Positions 20,375-29,516 of a DNA stretch of 64,000 nt are shown here, piece by piece; the stretch's first letter is position 1; each line of letters starts with the position of its first letter. A model generated the notes under the pieces. It searched no databases and was not told where the DNA came from. It saw nothing but the letters and a program-made list of their open reading frames with translations. Source of the DNA: Acidimicrobiales bacterium (GTDB lineage: Bacteria > Actinomycetota > Acidimicrobiia > Acidimicrobiales > Salinilacustritrichaceae); NCBI GenBank assembly GCA_034522155.1, contig JAXHLP010000002.1, forward strand, positions 108,280 through 172,279, in the 5' to 3' direction. The position numbers and the translations under genes were made by a program.

Positions 20375-21673
20375 TCATCCCGACGTCGCGGCGGCCAGGC
20401 CCTGGTCGAGGTCGGCGATGAGGTCGGCGGGGTCCTCGATGCCGATCGAGAGCCGGACCACACCGGGGCCGGCACCGGCGGCTTCGAGCTGCTCGGGCTC
20501 GAGTTGGCGGTGGGTGGTCGACGCCGGGTGGATGACCAGCGAGCGGGTGTCGCCGAGGTTGGCGACGTGGGTGAACAGGTCGAGGCTGTCGACGAGCTGG
20601 ACGCACGCGTCGTAGCCGCCCTTGACCCGGATCGTGAACAGCGCGCCCGCGCCCTTCGGGCAGAGACGCTCAGCCCGCTCCTTGTACGGCGAGGAATCGA
20701 GACCGGCGTAGTCGACGGCCTCGACCCGGTCGTCGTTCTCGAGCCAGTTGGCGACCTCGACCGCGTTGTCGACGTGCTTGCGCATCCGCAGGCTCAGCGT
20801 TTCGATGCCGAGGAGCGTGTAGTGCGCGCCCTGCGGGTTCATGGTCATGCCGAGGTCGCGGAGGCCGACGGCGATGGTGTTGAACGTGAACGCCATCGGG
20901 CCGAGCGCCTCGGCGAACACGAGGCCGTGGTAGGCGGGCTCGGGTTCGGACAGCGACGGGAACTTGTCGGACGCCATCCAGTCGAACGTGCCCGAGTCGA
21001 CGACCACGCCGCCGGTCACCGTCCCGTTGCCGGTGAGGTACTTCGTGGCCGAGTGCACCACGAGGGTGGCGCCGTGCTCGATCGGCCGGCACAGGTAGGG
21101 CGTGGCCGAGGTGTTGTCGACGATGAGCGGGATGCCGTGGCGGTCGGCGATCTCGGCGATCACGGGTAGGTCGGTGATGTAGCCACCGGGGTTGGCGATG
21201 CTCTCGCAGAAGATCGCCCGCGTGTCGTCGTCACACGCGGCGGCCACAGCGTCGGTGTCGTCGAAGTCGACGAAGGTCGCCGACCAGCCGAACCGCGTGA
21301 TGGTCTGGGAGAACTGGGTGACCGAACCGCCGTACAGGCGGGTCGACACGACGACGTTCCTGCCCGGGCTCATCAGCGGGAACAGGGCGAGGATCTGGGC
21401 GGCGTGGCCGGACGAGCAGCCGACAGCGCCCGCCCCACCCTCGAGCGCGGCGACGCGGTTCTGGAGCGCGAACACCGTCGGGTTGGTGAGGCGAGAGTAG
21501 ATGAACCCGACCTCCTCCAGGTTGAACAACCTTGCCGCGTGGTCGGCATCGCGGAACACGAACGAGGTCGACTGGTAGATGGGCGGCTGCACGGCACCGG
21601 TGGTGGGGTCGGGCTCGGCGGCAGCATGCAGGAGCATGGTGTCGAAGCCGTGCTGGGGTGCCTCGTCGGCCAT
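20375..21673 (-). CDS. metY: O-acetylhomoserine aminocarboxypropyltransferase/sulfhydrylase (PLP)
   Basis: 432 aa. It has Cys/Met-metabolism PLP family sequence with the lysine motif HSATKYLTGNG. Confidence 0.9.
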   Translation of the reverse strand: MADEAPQHGFDTMLLHAAAEPDPTTGAVQPPIYQSTSFVFRDADHAARLFNLEEVGFIYSRLTNPTVFALQNRVAALEGGAGAVGCSSGHAAQILALFPLMSPGRNVVVSTRLYGGSVTQFSQTITRFGWSATFVDFDDTDAVAAACDDDTRAIFCESIANPGGYITDLPVIAEIADRHGIPLIVDNTSATPYLCRPIEHGATLVVHSATKYLTGNGTVTGGVVVDSGTFDWMASDKFPSLSEPEPAYHGLVFAEALGPMAFTFNTIAVGLRDLGMTMNPQGAHYTLLGIETLSLRMRKHVDNAVEVANWLENDDRVEAVDYAGLDSSPYKERAERLCPKGAGALFTIRVKGGYDACVQLVDSLDLFTHVANLGDTRSLVIHPASTTHRQLEPEQLEAAGAGPGVVRLSIGIEDPADLIADLDQGLAAATSG

Positions 21674-21760
21674 CGTCGTTCCTCTCGATCGTCGTTTGGA
21701 GTCGCGCTTGTTCGCGGGTCACCCGGAACCTAGGTCACGTGGTCGTGCGACGATGGTGCC

Positions 21761-22060
21761 ATGATCGCCGCCTTCTCCATCAGCCCGTCCGGGACGGGCC
21801 CATCGGTCAGCGCCGCCGTGGCCGAGGCCGTCGGCATCGTCCGCGACAGCGGGCTGCCGAACGAGACCAACGCCATGTTCACCAACGTCGAGGGGGACTG
21901 GGACGAGGTGATGGGCGTCATCAAGCAGTGCGTCGACACCATCGCCGAAACCGCGCCGCGCGTGGGCGTGGTGATCAAGATCGATCACAAGCCGGGCGTC
22001 ACCGACGGGCTGTCGTCGAAGGTGGCCTCGGTCGAGGCTCACCTCAGCGATGGCGAGTAG
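21761..22060 (+). CDS. MTH1187/YkoF family thiamine-binding-like protein
   Basis: 99 aa. The sequence MIAAFSISPSGTGPSVS..TNVEGDWDEV is typical of the DUF77 family. Confidence 0.75.
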   Translation: MIAAFSISPSGTGPSVSAAVAEAVGIVRDSGLPNETNAMFTNVEGDWDEVMGVIKQCVDTIAETAPRVGVVIKIDHKPGVTDGLSSKVASVEAHLSDGE

Positions 22061-22063
22061 CGC

Positions 22064-22606
22064 CTACTTCGCCAGCTCCTCGTCGATGGCGGCGACCAGG
22101 TTCGGGTCGTCGGGCGGGGTGGTGGGAGCGAACCGGGCGACGACCTCGCCGGAGCGGCTGACGAGGAACTTCTCGAAGTTCCACAGCACGTCGGGGTCCT
22201 CGCTCGGCGTCATCCCGTGGCTCTTGAGTCCCTCGCGCATCTCGGCCTTGCCGTCGGCGGTGGGTGCCGCGTTCGTGAGCGCGCCGTAGAGCGGGTGCTG
22301 GCCGTCGCCGACGACGCTGATCTTGGACATCACGGGGAAGGTGACCGAGTAGTTGGTGGAGCAGAACTCGGCGATCTCGTCGTCGGTGCCGGGCTCCTGG
22401 CCGGCGAAGTCGTTGGCCGGGAAGCCGAGCACGGTGAAGCCTTGGTCGGCCTTCTTGGCGTACAGCTCCTGCAGTCCCTCGTATTGGGGCGTGAGCCCGC
22501 ACTGCGAAGCGACGTTGACGACCAGGACGACGTCGCCCGCGTGGTCGGCCAGCGTGCCGGTCGTGCCGTCCATCTTGTCGAACTCGATCTCGGTCAGTGT
22601 GGTCAT
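22064..22606 (-). CDS. glutathione peroxidase (Cys-type)
   Basis: Motifs are VNVASQCGLT, LGFPANDFAGQEPG and WNFEKFL. Confidence 0.9.
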   Translation of the reverse strand: MTTLTEIEFDKMDGTTGTLADHAGDVVLVVNVASQCGLTPQYEGLQELYAKKADQGFTVLGFPANDFAGQEPGTDDEIAEFCSTNYSVTFPVMSKISVVGDGQHPLYGALTNAAPTADGKAEMREGLKSHGMTPSEDPDVLWNFEKFLVSRSGEVVARFAPTTPPDDPNLVAAIDEELAK

Positions 22607-22722
22607 GACATCTCCTGGGGTTGCTGGGGCTCGATGATGGCGATATCCGTGCCGGCTGGTGGGGGCGAGGCGCAGCCGATCAACGCTCGAAACGAGGAGC
22701 TCGCGCCGGGGCGACCAGTGGC

Positions 22723-23364
22723 CTACGCGCTGAGCTTTTCACGAACGCGGTTGATCATCAGGCGCATGGTCTCCACGTCCTGGGCGCCGGGGATGACGGC
22801 CTTGTCCTCGATCACGAACGTTGGGACCGCGGTGATCTGGCGGTCGGCGGCGGCCTGGAGATCGGCGGCGACCTGGTCGCGGCCGGCGTCGGCGGCGATC
22901 GCCTCGGCGGCCAGGTCGCGGTCGGCTCCTGCGTCGACGGCGTACTCGACGAGGTTGGCCGTGTCGGCCACGTTGGCGCCCTCGGTGAAGTAGGCGCGGA
23001 ACAGACGGTCGTGGAGCACGTGGGCCGTGTCGAGTCCGTAGGTGTCCTCGACCCACGCAACGAGCATCAGCGCCGGCAGGCTCGTGACCCGCTGGGCGAT
23101 GTCGAAGCGGTACTCGATGCCGGCCTCGGCGCCGAGATCACCCAGGCGCTTCGTCATGCCGTCGAACGCGCCCGGGCCGTACTTGCGGTCGATCGCCGAG
23201 CGCAGGTCCTTGGGTTCGGGGGTCGCCGTCGGGTCGAGCTGGAACGCCCGCCAGCGCACCTCCACCTCGTCGGCGAAGTCGAGTTGGGCGATCGCCTGCT
23301 CGAGCCGGGTCTTGCCCAGATAGCACCACGGACAGACGACGTCGGACCACACATCGATGCGCAT
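22723..23364 (-). CDS. DsbA/FrnE-like thiol oxidoreductase
   Basis: ATG 23364 gives MRIDVWSDVVCPWCYLG with a CPWC active site. The track start at 23376 is a TTG. Confidence 0.85.
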   Translation of the reverse strand: MRIDVWSDVVCPWCYLGKTRLEQAIAQLDFADEVEVRWRAFQLDPTATPEPKDLRSAIDRKYGPGAFDGMTKRLGDLGAEAGIEYRFDIAQRVTSLPALMLVAWVEDTYGLDTAHVLHDRLFRAYFTEGANVADTANLVEYAVDAGADRDLAAEAIAADAGRDQVAADLQAAADRQITAVPTFVIEDKAVIPGAQDVETMRLMINRVREKLSA

Positions 23365-23537
23365 ACCCGGTGCCAACCCCGTGGATGGCGCTGCTGTTCC
23401 GGAGTCACCAGCGCGTGAGGGTTCCGAGCCCGTCGACGGTCGCCGCCATCTCGCCCTCGGGTGCCCAGCAAGACGGATGCTGGCGCGAATCCTTCGACCG
23501 GCGATCCCGCCGGGGGTTCTTGTCGGTGGTCGTGCGT

Positions 23538-24983
23538 ATGGTCGATTCCATGATGTTCGGAGCGGATGTGTGCAGTGAGGTGGAAGCGGTGGGCGAGCAT
23601 GTCGCCGCGCTGTGCGCAGCTTTGGACCCGGGCCTGGTGGGTGATCATGAGATCGAGCCGGTGTTCGATGCGTTGGTGGCGATGGGCAAGCGCATCGACG
23701 GGGCCGTGGTCCGGCTCACGGCCCGCTACGAGGCCGCCGGCGCGTGGAAACACAACGGGGAGCGCTCGGCGGCTGATGACGTGGCCCGCAAGACCGGTAC
23801 GTCACCAGCCACGGCGCGTCGCCGAGCCGAGACGTCCAAGCGGCTGGCCGAACTGTCCGACACCGACCGGGCGGTAGCGGACGGGGAGTTGTCGTCGGAG
23901 CAGGCCGAGCAGGTGGCCTCGGGGGCCTCGGCCTCACCCGACGACGAGGGCGACCTGTTGGACTCGGCGCGCAAGGAGCCGTTGCCGGCCCTGCGCCGCA
24001 AGGCCGCCCAGTCCCGGGCCCGGGCCGATCGGGACCGGACGGCGCGTCAGCGCCGCCTGCATGCCAGGCGGCGGGTGTCGCGCTGGATCGACGACGACGG
24101 CCTGTACAACCTGTTGACCAAGCTCACCCCCGAACTGGGCGCGGAGATCGACGCGTTCCTCAAACCCCGGATCGACCAGCGCTACGCCGACGCCCGCCAC
24201 GCCGGGCGCTACGAGTCCTATGAGGCCTACGCCGCCGATGTGATCGCCGACCTGCTCACCGGCCGGGCCCAGCGCACCACCACGTCCCCGGGCTCGACAT
24301 CACCGGACCCGGCGGCACCAGACCCGGCATCGGCGGGCTCGACACCGCCGGACGAGCCACCCTCGGCGGGACAGTCGAAGCGGTCGTCGAACCCGGCCGT
24401 GCGCCCCGACCGCAAAGTGATCGCCACCATCGACCTGCACGCCCTCAACCGCGGCCGAGTCACCGACGGCGAGACCTGTGAGATCGCCGGCGTCGGTCCC
24501 GTGCCGGTGCCCCTGGTGCGGTCGATGCTCTCCGACGCCTTCCTCACCCTCGTGATCAAGGACGGGGTCGACATCATCCATGTCACCCACCTCGGCCGCC
24601 AGGTCACCGCCCACCAACGCAGCGCCCTCGAAGCCCGCGGCTACCGCTGCGAAGTCGACGGCTGCGGCTCCACCCACCACCTCGAGATCGACCACGTCAC
24701 CGGCTGGACCCTCACCGAAACCACCACCGTCGACGACCTCGCCTGGCTCTGTGCCCACCACCACGACCGCAAGACCCGAGAGAACCTCATCCTCGAAGGC
24801 CCCACCGGCCACCGAAGACTCGTGCCCCGCACGGGGCCGGCCAGGGCGGCGAACACCACCACCAGCCACGCCGACGGCGACGCCGGCGCGAACCGCCTCG
24901 AACCCGACGCGGACGACCACACCCCAGAACCCGACAACGCGGGCCCGCCGAGTCAACCCGACCTGTTCACCACCGCCACGTGA
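23538..24983 (+). CDS. DUF222 + HNH endonuclease domain protein (REP13E12-like family)
   Basis: ATG 23538. It has an N-terminal DUF222-like region and a C-terminal HNH region (RCEVDGCGSTHHLEIDHV..WLCAHHHDRKT). Confidence 0.85.
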   Translation: MVDSMMFGADVCSEVEAVGEHVAALCAALDPGLVGDHEIEPVFDALVAMGKRIDGAVVRLTARYEAAGAWKHNGERSAADDVARKTGTSPATARRRAETSKRLAELSDTDRAVADGELSSEQAEQVASGASASPDDEGDLLDSARKEPLPALRRKAAQSRARADRDRTARQRRLHARRRVSRWIDDDGLYNLLTKLTPELGAEIDAFLKPRIDQRYADARHAGRYESYEAYAADVIADLLTGRAQRTTTSPGSTSPDPAAPDPASAGSTPPDEPPSAGQSKRSSNPAVRPDRKVIATIDLHALNRGRVTDGETCEIAGVGPVPVPLVRSMLSDAFLTLVIKDGVDIIHVTHLGRQVTAHQRSALEARGYRCEVDGCGSTHHLEIDHVTGWTLTETTTVDDLAWLCAHHHDRKTRENLILEGPTGHRRLVPRTGPARAANTTTSHADGDAGANRLEPDADDHTPEPDNAGPPSQPDLFTTAT

Positions 24984-25084
24984 CTGTCCCCGACCTGCCG
25001 GGTGTCGCGTCGTCGCCCGGCTCGGCCTCGGGGATTCCATGGATGCAACCGGGATGCAACCGGCAGCCGATCGTCGTCCGACGA

Positions 25085-25423
25085 TCAGTCGTCGCGCGTC
25101 GTGAGGACGTTGACGAGGTCGAGACCGCAGCCAGCCAGGTTCAAGGACTCCTGGTCGCGCGCGACGTTTCCTCGCGTGGGCGCGAGACGAATGAAGCCGA
25201 CCGCGGCGAAGAGCGCACCAAACGGGTACAGCCACCACTGTCCGGCGAGGAAGAATCCAACGAATCCGACGAGCGCGGCGGACTCCGCGAACGCCATGCG
25301 AAGGAAGAAGCGGGTCCGGTAGGCGTCGATCAACGCGTCGCGCGATGAGCAGTCGAGCGACGGCTCGAGAAGTCGAGGAGCGAACAGGCTCAGGAGCCCG
25401 TAGCCCGCAACACCGACGGCCAC
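25085..25423 (-). CDS. small hydrophobic protein, start uncertain
   Basis: The 3' part of ORF 25085..25831 encodes TM-like helices (FAESAALVGFVGFFLAGQWWLYPFGALFAAVGF). GTG 25423 is the minimal start. Upstream ATGs would overlap the divergent VOC gene. Confidence 0.35.
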   Translation of the reverse strand: MAVGVAGYGLLSLFAPRLLEPSLDCSSRDALIDAYRTRFFLRMAFAESAALVGFVGFFLAGQWWLYPFGALFAAVGFIRLAPTRGNVARDQESLNLAGCGLDLVNVLTTRDD

Positions 25424-25703
25424 GACACTCCCTGCGATGGCTTCCTCGGCGCCCGTCCATGCCGGTCGACAGGACGTGACGACGACGCCGATGAGAACGA
25501 CGCCACGGCGAAGGTCGTGAACAGCAGACGCAGCAGTTGCAGGGATGTTCGTCTCCTTCGCGCGTCGGATGCCAGGACGGTACGGACCCAGAGCAGTGTC
25601 TTGGACGAGAACCACCCCGGATCCTCGCCGCGAGCGTGTTCCGTCACGCCGCCAGTGTGGCCGACCGGGCGCGAGCAGTCGGCGAACCGGATCTCGGCGC
25701 AGG

Positions 25704-26123
25704 ATGAACGTTCCCGGGATACCGTTCGCCTCGATGAAGCCGCAGTTGAACCACATCATCGTGGCGGCGCACGACAAGCACACCTCCGCCGACTTCCTCG
25801 CCGAGATCCTCGGCCTCGATGTGCCGATCACGTGGGGTCACTTCGCACAAGTGGAGACGGGCAACGGGGTGGGCATCGACTTCGTCGACGCCGACGAGGT
25901 CCACTCGATGCACCTGGCGTTCCTCGTGACCGAGGCCGAGTTCGACGAGATCTTCGGCCGGATCCAGGCGGCAGGCATCGAGTACTGGGCCGATCCGATG
26001 CGGTCGCGTCCGGGCGAGATCAACACCAACGACGGCGGTCGAGGCGTCTACTTCCCCGACCCGAGCGGCAACTTCCTCGAGATCCTCACCCGTCCGTACG
26101 GATCGGGCCCGAAGTCCGCCTGA
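25704..26123 (+). CDS. VOC (glyoxalase/bleomycin-resistance) family protein
   Basis: Starts at ATG 25704 or ATG 25734. The sequence [23 protein letters not shown] is typical of the VOC fold. Confidence 0.8.
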   Translation: MNVPGIPFASMKPQLNHIIVAAHDKHTSADFLAEILGLDVPITWGHFAQVETGNGVGIDFVDADEVHSMHLAFLVTEAEFDEIFGRIQAAGIEYWADPMRSRPGEINTNDGGRGVYFPDPSGNFLEILTRPYGSGPKSA

Positions 26124-26175
26124 TCCTGCGACCTCGTTCCGACTCCGGCGTCACTTCGCCGTAGGATCGCCGGCC

Positions 26176-27157
26176 ATGCAACCGGACGCTTCACCCGAGC
26201 TGCGCCACGACTGGACCACCGACGAGGCGCTCGCGCTCCTCGAGCGACCGTTCCACGACCTGCTGTTCGAGGCCCAGTCGGTGCATCGCCGCGCGTTCCG
26301 CTCCGACGTGGTGGAGGGCGCCATCCTGCTGTCGATCAAGACCGGGGGCTGCCCGGAGGACTGCGCCTACTGCCCGCAGGCGGCGCGGTACAGCACGGGG
26401 GTCGACGCCGAGAAGCTGATGTCGACCGAGGAGATCGTCGAGGCCGCCGAGAACGCCAAGGCAAACGGCGCGTCCCGCTTCTGCATGGGCGCAGCGTGGC
26501 GCGAGCCCAACGACCGCCAGGTCGGCCGGGTCGCCGAGGCGGTGACCGCCGTGGGCGAGCTCGGCATGGAGACCTGCGTGACGCTCGGGATGCTCACCGA
26601 CGCCCAGGCCGAGACCCTCGCCGATGCCGGGCTCGACTACTGACAACCACAATCTCGACACCTCCGCCCGACTTCTACGGCGAGATCATCACGACCCGCG
26701 CCTACCAGGACCGCCTCGACACGATCGGCCACGTCCGCGAGGCGGGAGTCCGGCTGTGCTGTGGCGGCATCGTCGGGATGGGGGAGAGCCGCCGCCAACG
26801 GGCGGGGCTGCTGGCCCAACTGGCCCAGCTCGATCCGCACCCGGAGAGCGTGCCCGTCAACCTGCTCGTCCAGGTGCCCGGCACGCCGCTGCACGGCACC
26901 GAGGAGCTGGACGGACTCGAGCTGCGTGCGCTGCCATCGCCGCAGCCCGGATCATGATGCCGGGCTCCGTCGTCAGGCTCTCGGCGGGACGCAACCAGAT
27001 GACCGACGAGCTCCAGGCCCTGTGCCTGCACGCCGGGGCGGCGAGCATCTTCCTCGGCGACAAGCTGCTCACCACGCCGAACCCGGGCGAGAACCACGAC
27101 GAGGATCTCCTCGGTCGCCTCGACACGTCACTCTCGGACGGCTCCCTCCTCGCCTGA
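26176..27157 (+). pseudogene. bioB: biotin synthase, three frame breaks as sequenced
   Basis: The radical-SAM motif [10 protein letters not shown] is in frame 1. The BioB-like sequence then continues through three frames: GLDY / DNHNLDTSA / [30 protein letters not shown] / [26 protein letters not shown]. Confidence 0.85.
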
Positions 27158-27213
27158 GTCCGCTCGGCTGTGCTCCGCTCCCCCGACGGTCGTCCCTCGG
27201 ACATGATCTGACG

Positions 27214-28047
27214 ATGCCCGACGACACCTACACCCATGGGCACCAACCGTCGGTGGTGCGCTCGCACGCGGCCCGGACCGTGGAGAACTCCGCGGCGTAC
27301 CTGGTTCCACGGCTCGAACCTGGACTCACGGTGCTCGACGTGGGGTGCGGGCCGGGATCGATCACCGTCGACCTCGCCCGCCGGGTGGCGCCGGGTCACG
27401 TGGTCGGCATCGATCGCAGCGACGACGTGCTCGGCAGCGCACGCGAGCCGCGCGGCCGGACTCGACAACCTCAGCTTCGAGGTCGGCGACGCCTACGGCC
27501 TCGACGTCGCCGACGACAGCGTCGACGTTGTCCACGCCCACCAGGTGCTCCAGCACCTCTCCGACCCGGTGGCGGCACTCCGGGGGATGCGCCGCGTGTG
27601 CCGGCCGGGCGGGACGATCGCCGTGCCGCGGACGCCGACTACGGCCGCGTTCACCTGGGCGCCGGCCGACGAGCGACTGAGCCACTGGCTCGACGTGTAC
27701 CGCCAGGTCGCTCGTGGGAACGGCGCCGAGCCCGACGCCGGTCGGCGGCTCAAGGGCTGGGCGCTCGAGGCGGGCTGCACCGACGTGGACGCGTCGGCGT
27801 CGGTGTGGTGCTTCAGCACCGGCGAGGACGACGGTGGTGGGCCGGGCTGTGGGCCGAGCGCGTCGTGGAATCGGATCTCGCTCGGCATGCGATCGACCGT
27901 GGCATCGCCTCCGAGGACGACCTGCGAACGTTCGCCGACGCGCTCCTGGAGTGGGGCGAGCACGAGGATGGGTGGTTCATCGTCCCGCACGGCGAGGTGC
28001 TCGCCCGGCCCGGACGATCTGTGGTGGATGGCGCTTCCGACGTCTGA
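27214..28047 (+). pseudogene. class I SAM-dependent methyltransferase, frameshifted as sequenced
   Basis: ATG 27214. Motif I is VLDVGCGPG. The family-like sequence alternates between ORF 26761..28047 and ORF 27236..28339 at about 27448, 27626/27643 and 27829. Confidence 0.75.
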
Positions 28048-28059
28048 CCGTCTGACGGG

Positions 28060-28714
28060 TCAACGTAGGCGTCGACGACGAGGCCGCCGACGGACCGCAT
28101 CGCGTCGCGGGGGAGGGGGAAGCTCCCGGTGGCTGGTGATCTCCACGATCCCCGCTGGGCCGGTGCCGATCAGCAGGCTGTCCGCCGGTCCCAGGCTGGC
28201 GACGAACAGTGCGGTCTCACCGAGACCCGAGACCTCCTCATGGGGCAGGTCGTCGTCGAACAGGGTCCTCGCCTCGGATGCAGTCCGAACCTCGTCGAGC
28301 ACGGTCGGCGGAAGCGGCAGCGCCCCGACTCGTCGGTGAGGACCGCGATGCCGATCTCGCCGCCCCCGATGCCTCGTACGTGCACCGATCCTGGAGTACT
28401 CGATCTCCTGGTACTCGCCCGTCCCCGTCATCGCCGTGGTCGAGGTGATGTCGACGCGCGGCGGCGGACGCCAGGTCGGCGGGCGGCACCAGGTCGCGCA
28501 GGAGCCGGCAGTCGCCACGGGGTCGTCTCGGTCGTCTGGGTCGTCCTGGGTGGTCTGGGTCGTCTGGGTCGTCCTGAGTCGTGCCATCGCCCGACGCCGC
28601 GTTCGTCGCATGATCGTCCTCGCCATCGCCGCATGCGGCGACGAAGCTCAGGGCCAGGACGAGGACGGCCAGCCAGCGGGCCGAGAGCCAGTGATGCGAT
28701 CGGTCGTTCCACAT
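28060..28714 (-). pseudogene. lipoprotein gene, multiple frame breaks as sequenced
   Basis: ATG 28714 gives a signal peptide plus lipobox (LALSFVAACGD). Plausible coding segments then jump between three frames at least four times. The 3' end is undefined. Confidence 0.4.
28521..28583. repeat. 9-bp microsatellite (GGTCGTCYN) x7 inside the lipoprotein gene
   Basis: Seven imperfect 9-mers were read directly. They encode a (D/T)(D/Q)P-type low-complexity linker on the minus strand. Confidence 0.8.
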
Positions 28715-28856
28715 GCGTTCATTGGATCGGCTCGACCCACGCCCGCATGAGCAACCATTGCTCATCGACCGGGTCGCCCCCCGACCCGACTCGACCGACT
28801 CCCACCTCGATGGGCCCCGATCCGATCCGATCCGGGTCGACCGTAGGCTCTGCGCC

Positions 28857-29516
28857 ATGAGGACCGACTGGAACCCGCTGCTGCGTGACCAGTTCGACGA
28901 GCCGTACTGGCGCGAGCTGCAGTCCTTCGTCCGCGACGAGCGCCAGCACCACACGGTGTACCCGCCCCACGACGAGGTCTTCGCCGCCCTGCACCTCACG
29001 CCGTACGCCGCGGTGAAGGTGTTCATCCTCGGCCAGGACCCGTACCACGGCCCCGACCAGGCCCATGGGCTGTGCTTCTCGGTCCGCGAGGGGATCGATC
29101 CACCGCCGTCGCTGAAGAACATCTTCGCCGAGCTCGAGTCGGATCTCGGCTGTCCGCGACCCGACCACGGCAACCTCGAGCACTGGGCCCGCCAGGGGGT
29201 GCTGTTGCTCAACGCCACGCTCACGGTGCGCGCCCACAGCGCGGCGTCGCACCAGCGCAAGGGGTGGGAGACCTTCACCGACCGCGTGATCGAGATCGTC
29301 GGCGACAAGCCCGATCGGGTCGTGTTCATCCTCTGGGGCGCCTCGGCCCGCAAGAAGAAGTCCCTCATCGACACCAGCCGGCACACCGTCATCGAGTCGC
29401 CCCACCCGTCGCCCCTCTCGGCCGACCGGGGCTTCTTCGGCTCGAAGCCGTTCAGCCGGGCCAACGAGGCGCTCGACCAGGCCGGGCGGGACCCCATCGA
29501 CTGGTGCCTGCCGTGA
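28857..29516 (+). CDS. ung: uracil-DNA glycosylase (family 1)
   Basis: ATG 28857. Motifs GQDPYH and HPSPLS are present, and the frame is intact. Confidence 0.93.
   Translation: MRTDWNPLLRDQFDEPYWRELQSFVRDERQHHTVYPPHDEVFAALHLTPYAAVKVFILGQDPYHGPDQAHGLCFSVREGIDPPPSLKNIFAELESDLGCPRPDHGNLEHWARQGVLLLNATLTVRAHSAASHQRKGWETFTDRVIEIVGDKPDRVVFILWGASARKKKSLIDTSRHTVIESPHPSPLSADRGFFGSKPFSRANEALDQAGRDPIDWCLP

Noticed and set aside
21674-21760. A SAM riboswitch upstream of metY, or a TPP riboswitch upstream of the YkoF-like gene.
   Set aside because: The shared divergent spacer is only 87 nt and lacks the conserved cores (for example no CUGAGA for TPP). It probably holds just two promoters.
23377-25084. 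An insertion sequence or prophage remnant around the HNH gene.
   Set aside because: No transposase, integrase, terminal inverted repeats or target-site duplication is visible, and the composition matches the flanks.
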